From positions 1 to 40,327 of the IMG/VR virus record IMGVR_UViG_3300005077_000042: a DNA stretch of 40,327 nucleotides; one strand, written 5' to 3'. Every line of letters begins with the position of its first letter. Position 1 is the stretch's first letter. The translations under genes and the position numbers were made by a program. Below the pieces are notes generated by a model. The model worked only from the letters and a program-made list of their open reading frames with translations. It was not told the DNA's origin and did not search any database. Of the stretch, positions 37,467-40,327 are shown in pieces. Source of the DNA: a virus (lineage: Duplodnaviria; Caudoviricetes).

Positions 37467-38693
37467 TTAATTTTTACCTTTTGTCTTTACCGAGAATTCA
37501 TTCATAATATCGTTTATAATTGGTATAAAATCTTGCTTGTGTATTAACTTTTCGTTCAAATATATCATGTTATCCCAATCAAACTTGTCTCTGCGAGGAT
37601 CTTGGTTTAATCTATCCCAATCCATATCCTCTGATACAAAACCATTCAGCTTAGCCCAATCCCATATCTTGGTTCCAGGTATAGGAGTTAAAATATAGAA
37701 TCCCATTATTCTGAAATAGGCTTTATTCTTTCTTAGGAAGAAAATTGTTTTATTAATATCCTCCTTTGTTTCTCCGGGAGTTCCAAAAACAAAAGAACCT
37801 CCTACTGGTAATCCAACTTCAGCACAGTAATCAATTGCATTCTGGTGATCTTTTACAGTAACAGAACCCCCCTTCAAGTAATGAAGCAATCTTTCAGATC
37901 CAGTTTCTGCTCCAAATCTGACAGAGGTAAACCCCATGTTTTTCATAATAGAGCATATTTCAGGAGTAAGCAGATTGGATCTAACAAAGCCATGAAACTT
38001 TAATCCAGACACAGCATTAGCAATTCTTTTCAATCTTTTCACATCAGCAATAAACAGGTCATCATGAAATAAAATACTTTCAGCATTACTCAGCGAATGT
38101 ATTTCATTGATTACATAATCTGATGAGAATTTACGGTATCTTCCCCAATGTTTAGTTGATGCACAAAAGACACACTTGTACGGGCATCCCCGTGAAGTAA
38201 ACATAGGAACATCAACTTTAGGGCTATCAACCTTTCTGCGTGGGCGTGGAAGACTATCTAGATCTTTTATTAAAGGTCTTGCTGGATTAATGCCGTAATC
38301 ATGGGAAACAATTCCAAGTGTATTCTTTAAATCCCAGCTTGATACTAGCTCCAGGAAGGTTTGTTCTCCTTCGCCTACTACTCCAACATCAAATACAGAA
38401 GGGAGTGTTTGAGGTAAAGCAGTAATATGATATCCACCTAGAACAGTCTTAGCTCCAATTTCCTTAGCTGCTTTAGCTATCTGAATGCTGCTCTTGAAGG
38501 CAGTACTGGTAGCGGATATTCCAACGATATCCGGATTGAATATAAACAATTCATTCAGATTATCAAAGATTTCACATTCTACAGATGGGCTATGTAAACC
38601 AAGGTAAGAAGCCAGATATCCTAAACCAAGAGGATAGTGTACATCCCCGTCTTCTTTTAAAGGATCTCTGGCTCTTATTAAAGCTACTTTCAT
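37467..38693 (-). CDS. cobalamin (B12)-binding radical SAM enzyme (class B methyltransferase-like)
   Basis: N-terminal B12 domain (PLGLGYLASYL, PDIVGIS, VLGGYHIT, GEGE), TSRGCPYKCVFC CxxxCxxC motif, F.DDLF, GAETGS, FVFGTPGET and TPIPGT. Confidence 0.92.
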   Translation of the reverse strand: MKVALIRARDPLKEDGDVHYPLGLGYLASYLGLHSPSVECEIFDNLNELFIFNPDIVGISATSTAFKSSIQIAKAAKEIGAKTVLGGYHITALPQTLPSVFDVGVVGEGEQTFLELVSSWDLKNTLGIVSHDYGINPARPLIKDLDSLPRPRRKVDSPKVDVPMFTSRGCPYKCVFCASTKHWGRYRKFSSDYVINEIHSLSNAESILFHDDLFIADVKRLKRIANAVSGLKFHGFVRSNLLTPEICSIMKNMGFTSVRFGAETGSERLLHYLKGGSVTVKDHQNAIDYCAEVGLPVGGSFVFGTPGETKEDINKTIFFLRKNKAYFRIMGFYILTPIPGTKIWDWAKLNGFVSEDMDWDRLNQDPRRDKFDWDNMIYLNEKLIHKQDFIPIINDIMNEFSVKTKGKN

Positions 38694-38708
38694 TTGAGAA
38701 TGAAAAGT

Positions 38709-38981
38709 TTATTTAACCACATCTTTAAAAACAGAGAATCTATCAATAACTTTAAAGATCTTCTGAGCAACTTCACTCTTGTTAAGTTTTTCGTATCCAC
38801 TCTCAAACTTAGCTATTGCATTATCATCTGCTTCTGTTTTAGTAAGTTTTGTGAATGGTTTAGCAATCTTAATGAAGAGTGAAGATATTACATTTAATCC
38901 AGCAATTATTGTAGATAATCCAATAACAGCAGTAGAAACGGTTGGATTAGCCATAATTAATCCAATAATAAACTCTTCCAT
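38709..38981 (-). CDS. holin-like small membrane protein
   Basis: 90 aa. Hydrophobic N-terminal helices, LTKT..DD motif seen in small phage holin-like proteins, charged C-terminus. Strong AGGAGG SD. Confidence 0.5.
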   Translation of the reverse strand: MEEFIIGLIMANPTVSTAVIGLSTIIAGLNVISSLFIKIAKPFTKLTKTEADDNAIAKFESGYEKLNKSEVAQKIFKVIDRFSVFKDVVK

Positions 38982-38990
38982 AAAACCTCC

Positions 38991-39359
38991 TTAATCTTCT
39001 ATAATGGGGAACAATAAATTCTGCAAACGAAATACACCTGCATGGGTTAAGGATTCAACTGCATCCTGGGAATGGTCTTTATCTATTGCTGCTGCTTTCA
39101 ACAAACCAAAGATACCTGCCTCAACCACTTCATGAAATGCAGATTCTTTGATTTTACGTACTACATCAGTAGCTTCACTAAAATCAGTGGTTAGTGTTAA
39201 TGTAACCAACATGGAAGGGTATTCTATGATGTAGTGAGCCCAAGCCCCATCCAACTCCTCCTCTTCAAATACCCAATAAAAATCATTAAGATTTAAAAGA
39301 GCAATCCATTTACAACATTCTTTCTCAAACAATTCAAGCTCTGCGGATTTAGTTTTCAT
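38991..39359 (-). CDS. hypothetical protein with degenerate zincin-like motif (HEVVE)
   Basis: 122 aa. W..LL.L.D..W, AFHEVVEAG. Tightly packed in the operon. Confidence 0.5.
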   Translation of the reverse strand: MKTKSAELELFEKECCKWIALLNLNDFYWVFEEEELDGAWAHYIIEYPSMLVTLTLTTDFSEATDVVRKIKESAFHEVVEAGIFGLLKAAAIDKDHSQDAVESLTHAGVFRLQNLLFPIIED

Positions 39360-39361
39360 AA

Positions 39362-40207
39362 TTAATCTGCTTTATAAATTCTGATGTTAATATCATTGCG
39401 AGCATAGTAAAACTCTAACCACCAAGCCCCAAGTGGTCTTGGTCCCATCCCAAGTTCAGCAGTAAAGCCTGATTTACCTGTTTTGTATTCATCTTTGTAG
39501 GTAGGAGTTTTGACATACCAGCCAGTTCTTCTTTTAAGCTTTCCTGCATCATTTACATAAAGCTTTATATATTCCTGTATCCAGGAGCGGTGTACATGGC
39601 CTGAAAGCATTATATCAGCTGAATCAATATAAACTCTCTGCCGGTTGGATTGGATCATATCCTCGGTTACAGGACCACCAGAACCATAACCATGAGTAAA
39701 CCAGAGTACTTTACTTACTCTCTGTGTATTACTGATTACGAACATAAATCTTACTGCACCACTGTAACCCAACACAGGAACCCCAAGCTTTTCTCCTAAA
39801 CGCTTTGTAAGATCAATTTCATGTTTATGGAGAATACTTGTTTCATGGTTTCCTGTACCCAAGCAAAGAAAGTTCTCTTTATAAGGCCCATAAAAAGAAT
39901 CTGCTTCTCGAATAAGAGAATCGAAATAATCACTTACCTGATTCTCAGGTCTTAGTTTGGATTTATCTGCACGTTTATCATATTTTCCCTGCATACAGCA
40001 GAACAAATCACCACAATCGATAATACCAGCATTAACTTCTTTTACTTCATCAAGGTGTCTTTTCTCCAGTTTCCTAGCGCAATCAGGGTTATCATGATGT
40101 CTATCAGCGGATAAAAGGAATCTTTGTGACCAACCTGCTCTTACATTCTTAAACCAAACAGTTAATACATTTTCATCTGTTAATTCACTTTCGAAAATAC
40201 CAGGCAT
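39362..40207 (-). CDS. calcineurin-like metallophosphoesterase
   Basis: Motifs D.H (ADRH), GDLF, GNHE, THG and GHVH. The likely start is ATG 40207 (MPGIFE, AAGG SD), because 40224-40327 is occupied by another frame. Confidence 0.85.
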   Translation of the reverse strand: MPGIFESELTDENVLTVWFKNVRAGWSQRFLLSADRHHDNPDCARKLEKRHLDEVKEVNAGIIDCGDLFCCMQGKYDKRADKSKLRPENQVSDYFDSLIREADSFYGPYKENFLCLGTGNHETSILHKHEIDLTKRLGEKLGVPVLGYSGAVRFMFVISNTQRVSKVLWFTHGYGSGGPVTEDMIQSNRQRVYIDSADIMLSGHVHRSWIQEYIKLYVNDAGKLKRRTGWYVKTPTYKDEYKTGKSGFTAELGMGPRPLGAWWLEFYYARNDINIRIYKAD

Positions 40208-40223
40208 AAGCAGTACCTTTCGA

Positions 40224-40325
40224 TTAAGGTTTTTTCTGACAACTATTATCCAGCTTCTCAATAGCTCGATTAAGTGTTTCCATAGCCATGATGAAATTCT
40301 CCTGTATAACCTGTTGCTTAGCAAG
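40224..40325 (-). CDS. C-terminal fragment of an upstream gene (truncated by the window edge)
   Basis: Open frame ..LAKQQVIQENFIMAMETLNRAIEKLDNSCQKKP* ending 16 nt before the phosphoesterase ATG. Confidence 0.5.
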   Translation of the reverse strand, partial: LAKQQVIQENFIMAMETLNRAIEKLDNSCQKKP

Positions 40326-40327
40326 CA

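Noticed and set aside
40208-40324. N-terminal extension of the phosphoesterase (MLSNRLY..)
   Set aside because: It overlaps the C-terminus of another open frame ending at 40224. ATG 40207 has an SD and fits operon packing better.
1-40327. CRISPR array, tRNA genes, integrase, DGR template/variable repeats, N4-type vRNAP hairpin promoters
   Set aside because: None seen by eye: no regularly spaced repeats, cloverleaf, reverse transcriptase or adenine-specific repeat pairs. The early region that would carry vRNAP promoters is outside this window.

Overview
This window is part of an N4-like (Schitoviridae-type) dsDNA phage genome. On the + strand (1-5519) is the end of the replication module: PD-(D/E)xK nuclease, primase, AAA ATPase, SSB and RuvC-like resolvase. 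It converges on a long - strand late module: a 4394-aa virion RNA polymerase, N4 gp51-gp55-like virion proteins, major capsid protein, gp57/gp58-like proteins, portal, tail fibre and M15 endolysin. Three things stand out. (1) The major capsid gene is split by an 807-nt group I intron (25838-26644) with a fully traceable ribozyme core and an HNH-AP2 homing endonuclease. The ORF track misses exon 1, and the spliced capsid (479 aa) also carries an ~80-aa insertion. (2) The vRNAP is enlarged by a tandem ~355-aa HExxxH metalloprotease-like + beta-domain module (two full copies plus one partial) and has Phe instead of Tyr in motif B. (3) A glycan-type modification cassette lies between a holin-like gene and the endolysin in the late operon. 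It encodes a cobalamin-dependent radical SAM enzyme, a GT-D-like glycosyltransferase, a SAM methyltransferase, two paralogous KpsS/KpsC-like proteins and a PLA2-like protein, and is a candidate virion-glycosylation or host-surface-modification system. All family calls come from motif recognition and synteny; no database searches were run.
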